Shown here: in pieces, positions 26,689 through 35,016 of the stretch
How positions within the stretch are numbered: the stretch's first letter is position 1
How the letters are laid out: every line of letters begins with the position of its first letter
DNA from: Patescibacteria group bacterium UBA2135
GTDB taxonomy: Bacteria; Patescibacteriota; Minisyncoccia; Phycocordibacterales; UBA2135
DNA: 35,130 bases
Direction of reading: 5' to 3'
Assembly: GCA_002327685.1 (NCBI GenBank)
Contig: DCXN01000022.1
Span: forward strand, 6,645 to 41,774
The notes under the pieces: generated by a model
Told to the model about the DNA's origin: nothing
The model's input: only the letters and a program-made list of their open reading frames with translations
Databases searched by the model: none
Made by a program: the position numbers and the translations under genes

Positions 26689-26723
26689 GCAATTAGTTAG
26701 TAGTTAGTATTTAAATATTTTCT

Positions 26724-27731
26724 CTACAATATATCCATAATTGCTCGTGCTAATTTTTGCGGATCATGCCGGATGAGACTTCGCTTGAGCGCGTCTCCTG
26801 TACTTTTTTTTATCTCTTCATCTGCAAGGAGATTGGTGCGAAAAATCGTAGTTTTATTTTTTTCTATTATATCATCTTCAACCGGAAACTCTTGCTGTGT
26901 TTCATATTTTCCAAGGATTTCTTGCGGAAGCGGCTCATTATTAATCAGTAGATAATCAGGATCTCTCCCTATATATACAGCAAGCTCGTCAAGATATTTC
27001 TGCATAGTAAATCCGTGTGTCTGCCCATATTTACTCATAAGATTTGTAACATAGAGTAATTTTGCCGGCGAAGCGGTAATCGCTTCCTTCGTTCCTCCAA
27101 CAACAATATTCGCTAGGATGCTGGTATAGAGATCGCCAGGTCCAATAATAATTAAATCTGCTTCTGAAATTGCTTTTTCCGCTTTTGGCGAAATGCTTGA
27201 GTCTGGTTCTACCCAAAGCCGTGTAATATTTTGCGTACCATTATGCTCCTGCGGCGGCTCATCAATATGTGTTTCACCGCGGAGTATTGTATTGTTTTCA
27301 TATTCCGCGACAAGAGTTAATTCTTCATTCGTTATTGGAATAACTTTTCCTCTAATGCGAAGCATTTGTGCCGCATATTCAAGCGCTTTCTCTTCAGAGC
27401 CAAAAATATCCGTTAATGCCACTAAAAAAAGATTGCCAAAATTATGCCCCTTGAGGCCGCTTCCTTTATCAAAACGGTGGAGAAAAAGAGAGCGCAACCC
27501 AAGACCGACATCACTGTCGTCGGCAAGAGCAATGAGAGCCATGCGAAAGTCTCCAACAGGTAAATATCCAAATTCATCGCGCAGGCGTCCGGTAGAGCCG
27601 CCACTGTCTGCAACTGTCACAACAGCAGACAACTCCAGCACATCAGCAGGATATTTTTTAAGCCCCGACAGGACAGTGTATGTTCCCGTTCCGCCGCCGA
27701 TGACGACTATTTTTTGGGATTTCTTAAACAT
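26724..27731 (-). CDS. yvcK: Gluconeogenesis factor YvcK/GlmR (CofD-like, UDP-GlcNAc binding)
   Basis: IGGGTG, TVADSGGSTG.LR, GH.FGNL, GPGDLYTS, RHD..KLA. Confidence 0.92.
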   Translation of the reverse strand: MFKKSQKIVVIGGGTGTYTVLSGLKKYPADVLELSAVVTVADSGGSTGRLRDEFGYLPVGDFRMALIALADDSDVGLGLRSLFLHRFDKGSGLKGHNFGNLFLVALTDIFGSEEKALEYAAQMLRIRGKVIPITNEELTLVAEYENNTILRGETHIDEPPQEHNGTQNITRLWVEPDSSISPKAEKAISEADLIIIGPGDLYTSILANIVVGGTKEAITASPAKLLYVTNLMSKYGQTHGFTMQKYLDELAVYIGRDPDYLLINNEPLPQEILGKYETQQEFPVEDDIIEKNKTTIFRTNLLADEEIKKSTGDALKRSLIRHDPQKLARAIMDIL

Positions 27732-28777
27732 CGTTCAAATGATTGTTTGTATAATTGGAGATATTGTTCTTTGTTCTCATAAGGATACTGATATTTGTCG
27801 CACATGGAAAGTCTTCGTTCGTGCAGCTGCACAAGAGCGCGCGCTATTTCTTGCGGTGTGCGATCTGTGATATATGCCCCAACCTCTTCGACAACACCAA
27901 CATCCGGCGCAACAACGGGTATACCAGCAATCCGCGCCTCAACCATGTTCATACCATATCCTTCATACCATGATGTTACAAGTAAAACATCGGCGCTTTT
28001 GTAATAACCATATATATCATCTTGCCATCCTTCCATTATGACGTTATTTCCTAATTCATGATTCTTGATTCTTGATTCCAATACTTTGCGTTCGCTTCCG
28101 TCGCCAATAATAACGAGGCCGACATTAGGATATTTTTTTGCAAATTTAGAAAATGCTTTAATGGCGAGTGCGCAATTTTTTTCTTTTTCAAAGCGACCAA
28201 CCCATAGAATTGTGAAGTCGTATTGCTTAGGGATGAGCGCTGGTTGTGCGTTTTTTATTTTTTGTGCGTCAACAAAGATTGGCAATGTGCTAATTTTTTC
28301 TCCTGCAATATTTAGTTCTTTGATAAGAGAATCTTTGATTCTCTTACTTACGACGCGAATGCAATCTGCTTTTGAGAGGCGTGTCTTTGCAATTTTTTGC
28401 CGAATAATGTTTTTAAAATTATTCTTAGTGAAATATTTTGAAAAAACGTCTGTGTGTACTTGAAATTGAAGTGGTATATTCAATTTCTTGGAAACTTTAT
28501 ACGCAAAATATCCAACCTCAAACGGGTCTTGTGTTGTGATAAGGTCAATATCTTCGGGAATATTTTTTTCTATATTAAATCCTGGGAACCCAATGTTGAG
28601 AATTCCAACGTGAGAAACAGTGACGTTTTCTGAAATTTTTTCTTTGTTATATTTCCCACTGGAGAGAACATAGATATAAAGATGATCAAAAAGTTTTCCA
28701 TATTCAATCATCCGCGCTCGTACAGCACTTCCTTCTTCAAATATTTTCGCGTCTTTTGAGAGCATCAGTAATTTCAT
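27707..28777 (-). CDS. GT4 glycosyltransferase
   Basis: QDPFE.G, QVHTD, VGRFEKEKN, TSWYEGYGM..VEA. Confidence 0.9.
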   Translation of the reverse strand: MKLLMLSKDAKIFEEGSAVRARMIEYGKLFDHLYIYVLSSGKYNKEKISENVTVSHVGILNIGFPGFNIEKNIPEDIDLITTQDPFEVGYFAYKVSKKLNIPLQFQVHTDVFSKYFTKNNFKNIIRQKIAKTRLSKADCIRVVSKRIKDSLIKELNIAGEKISTLPIFVDAQKIKNAQPALIPKQYDFTILWVGRFEKEKNCALAIKAFSKFAKKYPNVGLVIIGDGSERKVLESRIKNHELGNNVIMEGWQDDIYGYYKSADVLLVTSWYEGYGMNMVEARIAGIPVVAPDVGVVEEVGAYITDRTPQEIARALVQLHERRLSMCDKYQYPYENKEQYLQLYKQSFERCLRNPKK

Positions 28778-29823
28778 GGTTTCAATTTATTTTCAAAGAT
28801 GTATCGGAGAGATGAATCAAATTTGAGATATTTCATGAAGGTGTCGCGGGCTAATTTTTGAATGGTGTGAAATTCTTCATTGGTTAATTTGTCCCAATAT
28901 TCGCGTATATATTTATCCGTATTTTTAATATCTTTGTGAGGTACAAATACTACAAATTTTTTATAGTCAATTACATCTTCAAGTGGCAGAACCCATTCGG
29001 TGTCAATCACGACTGGTATTCTGCCAAGCACGAGTGTCTCATAAAAACGAGCCGCCATATTGGCATCACCACGAGCTATGAGAACAAAATCAGAGTCTTG
29101 AATGTTTTCAATATACTCTCTTCGCAATTCCATAGAGTCTCCCACAATTGTATTTTTATTTGCCGAATAAAAGTCTCTGATGAGAAATGACGTGCGAATA
29201 AACGGCGAGTTTTTTAATGCGCGGAGCGCCTTTTTTCTCCAACAGACTCCCTTCAGATGTACAAGTGCGTATGTATTAAAAAATAGATATTTCTTGATAT
29301 TGCTTTTAAAAATTTCTAAAAAGTATCTTGTGCGCTGACGGAATGTATTAAACTCCGCCCAGCCACAGAAACTGACAGTTGGGGTTTCTTTTTTCTCTCT
29401 AATATAAAACAGAGAGTCTTCTAAAATATCTCCCGCATAAATTTGAGTCGGTATAATGATTTCGTTTTCTTTTTTGCCCTTATATCTATATCCTGAATAT
29501 CTAAAGATAATTGTGTTGTGAATATCCATATCTTCCTCCTTATCTCCGAATGCGAATATAAGAGCTCTTTTTTGATATTTTTCCGCGTGCGCAACAAATT
29601 GGTCTACATATGTTTTGTCTTTGATGGAAAAAAAATTGTGCGGCAATAAGAAAAAATCTGCCTCCTCTGGATTTTGTGTAAGTTCAATAAAACTAAAATT
29701 CATTTCATCAAAAATCGCCCGGTATGCTTTTTTACCAGCATACGGTTTCTTTCCTAGATGTTTATTTAAGATAGGGAAGGGTCGTATGTCAGGGAGTAAT
29801 TTTCCAATATACACTTTAGTCAT
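28774..29823 (-). CDS. Exostosin (GT47)-like glycosyltransferase
   Basis: PEEADFFLLP, SDFVL..RGD....RFYETL.LGRIPVVI....LPLEDVIDY. Confidence 0.75.
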   Translation of the reverse strand: MTKVYIGKLLPDIRPFPILNKHLGKKPYAGKKAYRAIFDEMNFSFIELTQNPEEADFFLLPHNFFSIKDKTYVDQFVAHAEKYQKRALIFAFGDKEEDMDIHNTIIFRYSGYRYKGKKENEIIIPTQIYAGDILEDSLFYIREKKETPTVSFCGWAEFNTFRQRTRYFLEIFKSNIKKYLFFNTYALVHLKGVCWRKKALRALKNSPFIRTSFLIRDFYSANKNTIVGDSMELRREYIENIQDSDFVLIARGDANMAARFYETLVLGRIPVVIDTEWVLPLEDVIDYKKFVVFVPHKDIKNTDKYIREYWDKLTNEEFHTIQKLARDTFMKYLKFDSSLRYIFENKLKP

Positions 29824-31348
29824 ATACAAGTAGTTTGATAAAAGATTCTATCGCTCTTTCTTTTGAAAATGTTTTTGATTTTTCTTTCGCGTTTTGCGAT
29901 AGAACATTGCGCAATTCATCGTCCTGAAGCAAGTTCTTTATTGCATTTTTTATTTCTTCTTTCTTGTTATATTCAACAAGTATTCCTTCTTTTCGGTTTT
30001 CTAGAAGTTCAGGATTTCCTCCAATTCTTGTTGTAACAATTGGTGTACCGAGTGCCGTTGCTTCAAGTAGTTGGTGTGAAAATCCCTCGTATCCGGTATT
30101 TAGAACAAATATATCCGCCGCTTTTACATATTGTGTCAATTCATCATGAGAAAGTTTTCCAATTAAAAACACGTTATTTTGAGATTTACGATTTGCGATT
30201 TGCGATTCGAGCGTTTCACGCTCTGGGCCGTCGCCAATAATATATAATTTTAGGTCAGGAATTTCGCTTTTCAAATCCGCAATAATATCAACAAGTGCTT
30301 CAAAGCCTTTCCAAGGGACAAGGCGGCCAGCAGAGACAAGTACAATACCGTCAATCTCTAGTTTTCCATGCGCCTCACCCTTGTCCAACATTATTGACGG
30401 AGGGGTGAACGCGTTATATATAACAGTAATTTTTTCCTCGGGCACACCCCATTCCAATACAATATTTTTCAGATATTTACTAGGAACGACAATCTGGTCG
30501 GCTTTTTGTGCTACAAAATGCTCAATTTTTCTCCTCATCTCCGTAATAAAATCAAACTTCTCTCTCTGGAATTCTTCTAGAGTTGGGGGTTGTTGGTTGT
30601 TGGTTGTTGGTTGCAATTTCAACAGCGCAGAACGCTGTTGAAATTGCTCCCAGGCGTAATCACCAGCAACTCGTAGTATAAACTTTTTCCGTAATAATTT
30701 TGACGCGACAAGAGCGGGAAATCCTACACTCACCGGATCAAGCGCGTATAATATCTCTGCCTCCGTGCCCTCAAAAGAAATTTTTAAAAAATAGGCTATA
30801 TGCCGAATAATTTTAGGTAGACGACGCACACTACTGAAAGGAGCAACCGTAACATCAATATTGTGTTTCGGAAGCTCTGTCTCAAGTAACCGTGAATATG
30901 TTGCAGGCCCGCCAATGTCAGGCGGATATAATCCTGTTGCAATAAGCACGCTGCCTTTTTGGGTGTGATTAAAGATAATATTCCCATATATAAAAAAAGT
31001 TATAACGGCAATAATACCCGAAGAGAACACTTGCGCAAGCATAAACCATAGACCTGCAATAGAGACGAGCACATACATGAAAAGAGCATTCGCGAAAAGG
31101 CCTGCGATGGCAGTAATAAAATACAGAGAAAGCTGTCGTGATATATCGTGTATATGAGTATTTCTAAATGTCCATAATTTTTGCAAAAGAAAACTTACGA
31201 GGAACGCGCCAATAAACGCAAATGTTGATGAGAATAGATACCATATACCGAATATATCAGCAAAAATATACAGCAAACTAAGCGACACAAAAGCCGCCGT
31301 TACGCCGGAGATTAGATATCGTACAATTTTATTTTTTAAAAACGACAT
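29816..31348 (-). CDS. GtrA-like flippase domain fused to a GT4 glycosyltransferase
   Basis: N-terminal 4-TM GtrA pattern (RYLISG...SF.LQK.WTF), then YPPDIGGPATY, GRLVPWKG, EGFSHQLLE. Confidence 0.88.
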   Translation of the reverse strand: MSFLKNKIVRYLISGVTAAFVSLSLLYIFADIFGIWYLFSSTFAFIGAFLVSFLLQKLWTFRNTHIHDISRQLSLYFITAIAGLFANALFMYVLVSIAGLWFMLAQVFSSGIIAVITFFIYGNIIFNHTQKGSVLIATGLYPPDIGGPATYSRLLETELPKHNIDVTVAPFSSVRRLPKIIRHIAYFLKISFEGTEAEILYALDPVSVGFPALVASKLLRKKFILRVAGDYAWEQFQQRSALLKLQPTTNNQQPPTLEEFQREKFDFITEMRRKIEHFVAQKADQIVVPSKYLKNIVLEWGVPEEKITVIYNAFTPPSIMLDKGEAHGKLEIDGIVLVSAGRLVPWKGFEALVDIIADLKSEIPDLKLYIIGDGPERETLESQIANRKSQNNVFLIGKLSHDELTQYVKAADIFVLNTGYEGFSHQLLEATALGTPIVTTRIGGNPELLENRKEGILVEYNKKEEIKNAIKNLLQDDELRNVLSQNAKEKSKTFSKERAIESFIKLLVYD

Positions 31349-31351
31349 ATT

Positions 31352-31612
31352 TTATCCCGTTAGAGACAGGAAACGCCTTAAGCGATTCTTAAGATATCGT
31401 TTTCCCATACCTGATTTTAAATATTTCTCTCTCGATCGAGTATCTTCTTCATCTATACATGCCTCATAGTAGATTAAATCCCATGGGGTAAGGCTTTTTG
31501 TCCATGTTGATTTTTCCTCGTTATGCTGCTTAAGGCGTTTCCGCAGGTTATTGGTACTTCCTGTATACCATTTTCCATTCTTCTTGCTTTGTATTATATA
31601 TATGTAAAACAT
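31352..31612 (-). CDS. GIY-YIG nuclease (small, UPF0213-like)
   Basis: YIYII...YTGST.NL..RL.QHN, W.LIYYE, REKYLKSG.G. Confidence 0.92.
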   Translation of the reverse strand: MFYIYIIQSKKNGKWYTGSTNNLRKRLKQHNEEKSTWTKSLTPWDLIYYEACIDEEDTRSREKYLKSGMGKRYLKNRLRRFLSLTG

Positions 31613-31635
31613 AAGGTTATGGTCTCTAACGGGAT
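31354..31635. mobile_element. Inverted-repeat-bounded cassette carrying the GIY-YIG gene
   Basis: Perfect 14-bp IR: atcccgttagagac (31354-31367) / gtctctaacgggat (31622-31635). Confidence 0.7.
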
Positions 31636-32789
31636 TACAACTTTGCGAAAATATTTTTCATATTTTCTGTTATTTTGTCCCAATCGTAATTTTCTTCTAC
31701 TAATGCGCACGCATTTTGAATAATACGATTAATCATATCACTTTGCTTTGGGTCAAGAATATAATTCACCTGCTCGGCGATGCTTTGAGGATTTTTTACT
31801 TCACAGATAAATCCGGTTTCGCGATGTTTTAGAAAATCTGTAATGCCGCCCACGGCTGTCCCAATAATAGGAATTCCCGCCGCCATTGCTTCAACAAACG
31901 AAGACCCCATTCCTTCAGAAAGAGATGGGCGGACAAATATATCAGAAATTTGCAGATATATGGGAATCTTTTTGCTTTCAATAAAACCTACAAAATGAAC
32001 TTTTTCGGACACCTTTTCGTCTTGAGCAAGTTTCTTAAGTATTTTTTCGTCCGGTCCAATACCGAGCACGAGAAGACGAATTGTGTCTGGCAAATACTTG
32101 AGCGATTTTATAATATCGTCAACAGCATTTTTAGCAACCAACCGCGATGTTGTAATAAGTATCTTATTTTGGTTTTGAATACCTAATTTTCTTCTCAACT
32201 CGTCCAGCTTGAAATTTACGATTTGCAATTTGCAATTCTCAATATCCGCTCCATTGGGTACTACCTTAATTTCTCCCTTATATCCCATCTCACGTGCCAT
32301 ATCTTTAAGATAGTGTGAGATAGTTTGAACAAAGTTTGCCCGCCGAAATGAAAGCGTGTAGAGCGGGACAAATATCCCCAAACTTTTTTTTATGTCTTGA
32401 AGTGTGTCCCCTTCTTGTAATGTCAAAAAATATGGAACGTCTCCGTGTATGAGGTTAAATAAAACTGACGGGATTCCTGTGCTATGCGGCATCATCGCCC
32501 ATATAACATTATAGTGATACTTTTTGTGTAGAAAATGCGCTTTCAACGGCGCAAAAAACTGAAAAAATATTTTGTTGAGTTTGGAAATAGGGAAAATTCC
32601 AATACGATGTACTAAAATATTTCCGATTTTCTCTATTTTCGGTAGACCATCACAAAAGTTTACCGTCACCATATGAAATTCAAATTCTTGAGGATCAATA
32701 CGGTTTGTAATTTCCCGCACAGCAAGCTCCGCCCCGCCATAATGCGGATGATACGCGAGTGAAAAAATAAGGACTTTTTTGGGGGTCAT
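31635..32789 (-). CDS. GT4 glycosyltransferase
   Basis: GGAELA, LTLQEGD, SRLVAKN, RPSLSEGMGSSFVEAMA, YDW. Confidence 0.92.
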   Translation of the reverse strand: MTPKKVLIFSLAYHPHYGGAELAVREITNRIDPQEFEFHMVTVNFCDGLPKIEKIGNILVHRIGIFPISKLNKIFFQFFAPLKAHFLHKKYHYNVIWAMMPHSTGIPSVLFNLIHGDVPYFLTLQEGDTLQDIKKSLGIFVPLYTLSFRRANFVQTISHYLKDMAREMGYKGEIKVVPNGADIENCKLQIVNFKLDELRRKLGIQNQNKILITTSRLVAKNAVDDIIKSLKYLPDTIRLLVLGIGPDEKILKKLAQDEKVSEKVHFVGFIESKKIPIYLQISDIFVRPSLSEGMGSSFVEAMAAGIPIIGTAVGGITDFLKHRETGFICEVKNPQSIAEQVNYILDPKQSDMINRIIQNACALVEENYDWDKITENMKNIFAKL

Positions 32790-32866
32790 TGCTCAATGAT
32801 AACACAGAAAACCCTTACCCAGTCGCACGCGATAGACAGTAACAACCGCATTATTGCCCGGCCGAC

Positions 32867-32893
32867 AAAAGTGGGACATAGTCCCACTTTTTT
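32867..32893. other. Hairpin/palindrome in a divergent intergenic region (terminator or operator)
   Basis: aaaagtgggac-ata-gtcccactttt. Confidence 0.6.
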
Positions 32894-32970
32894 GCACAAA
32901 TAATACCAGCATGTTACTTTGAAAATAGTAATTCAGTACAACCAACAGCAAAATCTTAACGGAGGAAATC

Positions 32971-33267
32971 ATGTTTGATACCTGTATCTCAACTTTGTCA
33001 GAAACAACATGGATAGTGCATACGTTCAGGTATACCACTGTGTACGTTGCATGTTGCACAGGATTACAGCTGGTTTTAAAGGTGCAACTACATATCATCA
33101 CAATAACAACAATCCTCTTCAGCATTTCCGTTCCGCTACTTTTCTTCGCGCTACATGTTGTAAATCCGTGGTATCTTGCATTTGCAATGATCGTATTACT
33201 TACCACTGGTATGCTTTGGGCAACTTCCTTATTTTCCCCCAAAAAGACAATCTTGGATCTCATCTAA
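32971..33267 (+). CDS. Small 3-TM membrane protein, paralog 1
   Basis: SD GGAGG, a terminator, and clear homology to 34636-34956. Confidence 0.8.
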   Translation: MFDTCISTLSETTWIVHTFRYTTVYVACCTGLQLVLKVQLHIITITTILFSISVPLLFFALHVVNPWYLAFAMIVLLTTGMLWATSLFSPKKTILDLI

Positions 33268-33304
33268 AAGATCTGTTTGCGTTATTGCAGAAAAACAAAA
33301 CCTC

Positions 33305-33333
33305 GCCTGCGGATTCGTCCACGGGCTTTTTTT
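33305..33333 (+). terminator. Intrinsic terminator (UUCG loop)
   Basis: gcctgcgga-ttcg-tccacgggc followed by T7. Confidence 0.8.
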
Positions 33334-33410
33334 ACACCCCCTCAAGCTTCGTTCAACACAAGCAACCACCTCGTTACACCAAAATGTTCTTATCAAAAAG
33401 GTAAAGAGTC

Positions 33411-33535
33411 TCATCCCGTTAGAAGCCGCGGACACAATCTGTTTTTTTTCTTCTGTAAAATTAAAAATTATACTAGAAAGATTGAGAAAAAAATTACTTT
33501 GAGCTAGAGCCTGTGTCTTGCTTCTAACGAGATGA
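33411..33535. mobile_element. ORF-less MITE-like element with the same termini as the GIY-YIG cassette
   Basis: tcatcccgttagaagc..gacaca (33411-33436) / tgtgtc..gcttctaacgagatga (33512-33535). Confidence 0.7.
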
Positions 33536-33539
33536 ATTT

Positions 33540-34391
33540 TTAAAGTAAGGCTTTGATGTAATCAGCAACATCTTTTTTTGCTTCCCATCCGAGCTGTTTT
33601 GATTTGGAGATGTCAATTGAAGATTCCATTCTATTTCCTTTCCTCTCGGGAAGCATGGTTATTTCGGAGTTAAACAATTCAGCAATTTCAAGTATGGAAT
33701 ATTTTTTGGAGGCTCCGAGACCGAAGTCATCACCTTCCCCTTTTTCACCAACAAAAATAAGCCCGTCAATAATATCTTTGACGTGTGTAAAATTCCTCTT
33801 TTGTGTTCCGGGAGAAACAACGGTTAATGGTTTTTTGTCTTTATACTGCTCTTTAAAAATACCAATAACTGTTGAGTATGGACCGGTGGAAATTTCGCGT
33901 GGGCCGTATACGTTATAAAAATATGTAATGGCGTATGGTAGGCCAAACCACTCGCCGTAATTTTCCACTAGCTCTGTATTGCTTGCCTTTGTCCACGCAT
34001 ACGGACTCTGGTCTCTACCCATTCCCCCATCGCCAAACTTTGAACTTGACCCGGCATAGACGATTTTAATGTTGTGAGCACGACAATACTCAAGAACACC
34101 AAATGTGCCATTTTTATTTAGATCCCAAACAAGAGCCATGTCGTCAAAACTTTTTTCTACCCGAGAATATTCACCAAGATGAAATACCAAATCAACACGC
34201 TCGGAAACGTGTTGCGCTATATCTTTGGTATGCCCCTCACGATATTCAGCGCCAGAAATATGATTGTCTCGCGAGCCTGTAAAATAGTTATCAAGCGAGA
34301 TGACGTGATGATTGTCGGCAAGTAAGCGCTCAATCAAGTGTGAGCCGATGAATCCTGCTCCGCCGGTTACAAGGATTGTTTTTTGAGTCAT
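33540..34391 (-). CDS. NAD-dependent epimerase/dehydratase (extended SDR)
   Basis: TGGAGFIGSHL, DNYFTG, SPYAWTK, YFYNVYG, RNFTHVKD. Confidence 0.9.
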   Translation of the reverse strand: MTQKTILVTGGAGFIGSHLIERLLADNHHVISLDNYFTGSRDNHISGAEYREGHTKDIAQHVSERVDLVFHLGEYSRVEKSFDDMALVWDLNKNGTFGVLEYCRAHNIKIVYAGSSSKFGDGGMGRDQSPYAWTKASNTELVENYGEWFGLPYAITYFYNVYGPREISTGPYSTVIGIFKEQYKDKKPLTVVSPGTQKRNFTHVKDIIDGLIFVGEKGEGDDFGLGASKKYSILEIAELFNSEITMLPERKGNRMESSIDISKSKQLGWEAKKDVADYIKALL

Positions 34392-34548
34392 TGTTCAATG
34401 ATAACACGAAAAACTTCCATCCCATTATATCATCGCGCAAAAAGCAAGACATCCGAAACCGAGCTTTTAACATTTTGCGTCATAAGAAATGTTGAGAGCT
34501 CGGTTTTACACATTTTTTATCCTCATTTTTCAATATATTTTGAATGCC

Positions 34549-34576
34549 TTGACAAAGTTGTTGGACATGATATAAT
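34549..34576 (+). promoter_or_regulatory. Sigma70 promoter
   Basis: TTGACA-16 nt-TATAAT with an extended TG; the palindrome aattgtc-ctacc-gacaatt lies just downstream (34588-34606). Confidence 0.75.
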
Positions 34577-34635
34577 GTAATCAGCCTAATTGTCCTACCG
34601 ACAATTAACCGTAGTATCTTGAAATGGAGGAAATC

Positions 34636-34956
34636 ATGTTTGATATCTGTATTTCAACTTTATCAGGAGGAGCCTGGATGGATGCATTCATGGGCGCCAT
34701 CGTGCCCGCTATGATCTCCTCATTATTGCAATTGTTCCACAAAGTACGACTGGACGTCGTCGCCATAACAGCAGGCCTCATTGGTATCTCCGCCTTGCTA
34801 ATCTACGTCGCAATCCATGCTGGAAATCTGTGGTATTCTGCATTTGCGATTATCATACTGTCTGTCACTGGCATACTTTTGACGGCTTCCCTGAAATTTC
34901 CCGAGAAGACAATCTGGTGTCTTGCCGTAACATTGGCGCAACAGAAATTTTCCTAG
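34636..34956 (+). CDS. Small 3-TM membrane protein, paralog 2
   Basis: GGAGGAAATC-ATG identical to paralog 1; MFDICISTLS vs MFDTCISTLS; N.WY.AFA shared. Confidence 0.82.
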   Translation: MFDICISTLSGGAWMDAFMGAIVPAMISSLLQLFHKVRLDVVAITAGLIGISALLIYVAIHAGNLWYSAFAIIILSVTGILLTASLKFPEKTIWCLAVTLAQQKFS

Positions 34957-34988
34957 CACTGTTGTATATAAACAGAGTCAATTGCCTC

Positions 34989-35016
34989 GCCCGTGGATTC
35001 GTCTGCGGGCTTTTTT
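34989..35016 (+). terminator. Intrinsic terminator (UUCG loop), homologous to 33305-33333
   Basis: gcccgtgga-ttcg-tctgcgggc followed by T6. Confidence 0.82.

Noticed and set aside
32793-33404. 156-aa minus ORF and 131-aa plus ORF
   Set aside because: The 32971-33267 frame is supported by an SD, a terminator and a paralog; these are not.
861-33918. Numerous 60-225 aa ORFs antisense or out of frame within the large genes (e.g. 27193-27870, 28065-28463, 13303-13677)
   Set aside because: They overlap well-supported genes and show no motifs, SD or promoter; these are shadow ORFs.
32971-34956. Paralog pair as a DGR template/variable repeat
   Set aside because: Differences are not adenine-specific, and no reverse transcriptase is present in the window.
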